Positions 56,710 through 57,121 of a stretch of 57,121 nt of DNA are shown in pieces. Under the pieces are notes generated by a model. That model was not told the DNA's origin and did not search any database. It was given only the letters and a program-made list of their open reading frames with translations. The stretch covers positions 62,001-119,121 of the forward strand of contig JAWLHK010000007.1 in the NCBI GenBank assembly GCA_041690355.1, read 5' to 3'. How positions within the stretch are numbered: the stretch's first letter is position 1; every line of letters begins with the position of its first letter. The stretch is from a bacterium. GTDB lineage: Bacteria; J088; JAWLBW01. The translations under genes were made by a program, and so were the position numbers.

Positions 56710-57121
56710 CCGACGCCGAGCTGTTCGACGCCACTCTTCTGCTGCGGCAGGTCACCTCGCTGGACGAATGGAAGGAGCGCGTGGCCGCTTTCACCCGCCG
56801 CTTCTTCGCCTGCGACGGCTCGGCGGCCTGGTACCTGACCGGCGGGCGGCTCCAGATGGCGGCCGAAGGCTTCAGCGAGAAACTGTGGACCTACGACATC
56901 GAAGGGGTCTACGGCGAGTACCTGAAGCTCGATCCGGCGCTCATCCGCGCGGCGGGCCTGACGGTAAATCACATCTCGGACATCTACCGCCAGTTCGACG
57001 GCATGACCGGCATCTATGCCGACTACTGGGCCGAGTTCGGATGCGATCACCAGGTGACCTGCGTGCTTTTCGAAGACGATGTCTTCGCGGGCGTGGTGGC
57101 CGCCGTGCAGAAGCTGAACTC
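56688..57121 (+). CDS. 5' part of hypothetical protein, GAF/ligand-binding-like N-terminus (truncated by window edge)
   Basis: Open frame MPRSGPLTDAELF...YLKLDP...IYADYW...GVVAAV to window end, GAGG upstream. Confidence 0.55.
   Translation, partial: MPRSGPLTDAELFDATLLLRQVTSLDEWKERVAAFTRRFFACDGSAAWYLTGGRLQMAAEGFSEKLWTYDIEGVYGEYLKLDPALIRAAGLTVNHISDIYRQFDGMTGIYADYWAEFGCDHQVTCVLFEDDVFAGVVAAVQKLN

Overview
High-GC bacterial chromosomal window. A lidless DnaK paralogue and a tandem AgmX/PglI-like protein hint at a Myxococcota/deltaproteobacterial-type host (inference). From left to right: (1) a minus-strand Wzm/Wzt surface-polysaccharide operon with three methyltransferases, two glycosyltransferases and wecB, flanked by two paralogous plus-strand GT2 genes; (2) a four-gene operon of C39-like peptidase, RLAN-RimK ATP-grasp ligase, GCS2 ligase and N-formylglutamate amidohydrolase, a putative peptide-tagging or glutamyl-peptide system; (3) Hsp70 paralogue, cardiolipin synthase, LigC-type DNA ligase, FKBP PPIase, vapBC, purEK and a YheT-like hydrolase; (4) a ~15 kb assimilatory nitrate island (nasA, Moco genes, TSUP, nasTS, and on the opposite strand narK-nirBD) with three sigma-54 promoters and two ANTAR hairpin/terminator leaders, bracketed by a 232-bp diverged duplication of the yheT-like gene; (5) a ~17 kb run of single accessory genes separated by several families of palindromic and heptameric intergenic repeats, including two more genes bracketed by direct repeats. 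I found no integrase, transposase, tRNA, rRNA or CRISPR array. All calls come from motif recognition by eye; no database search was run.
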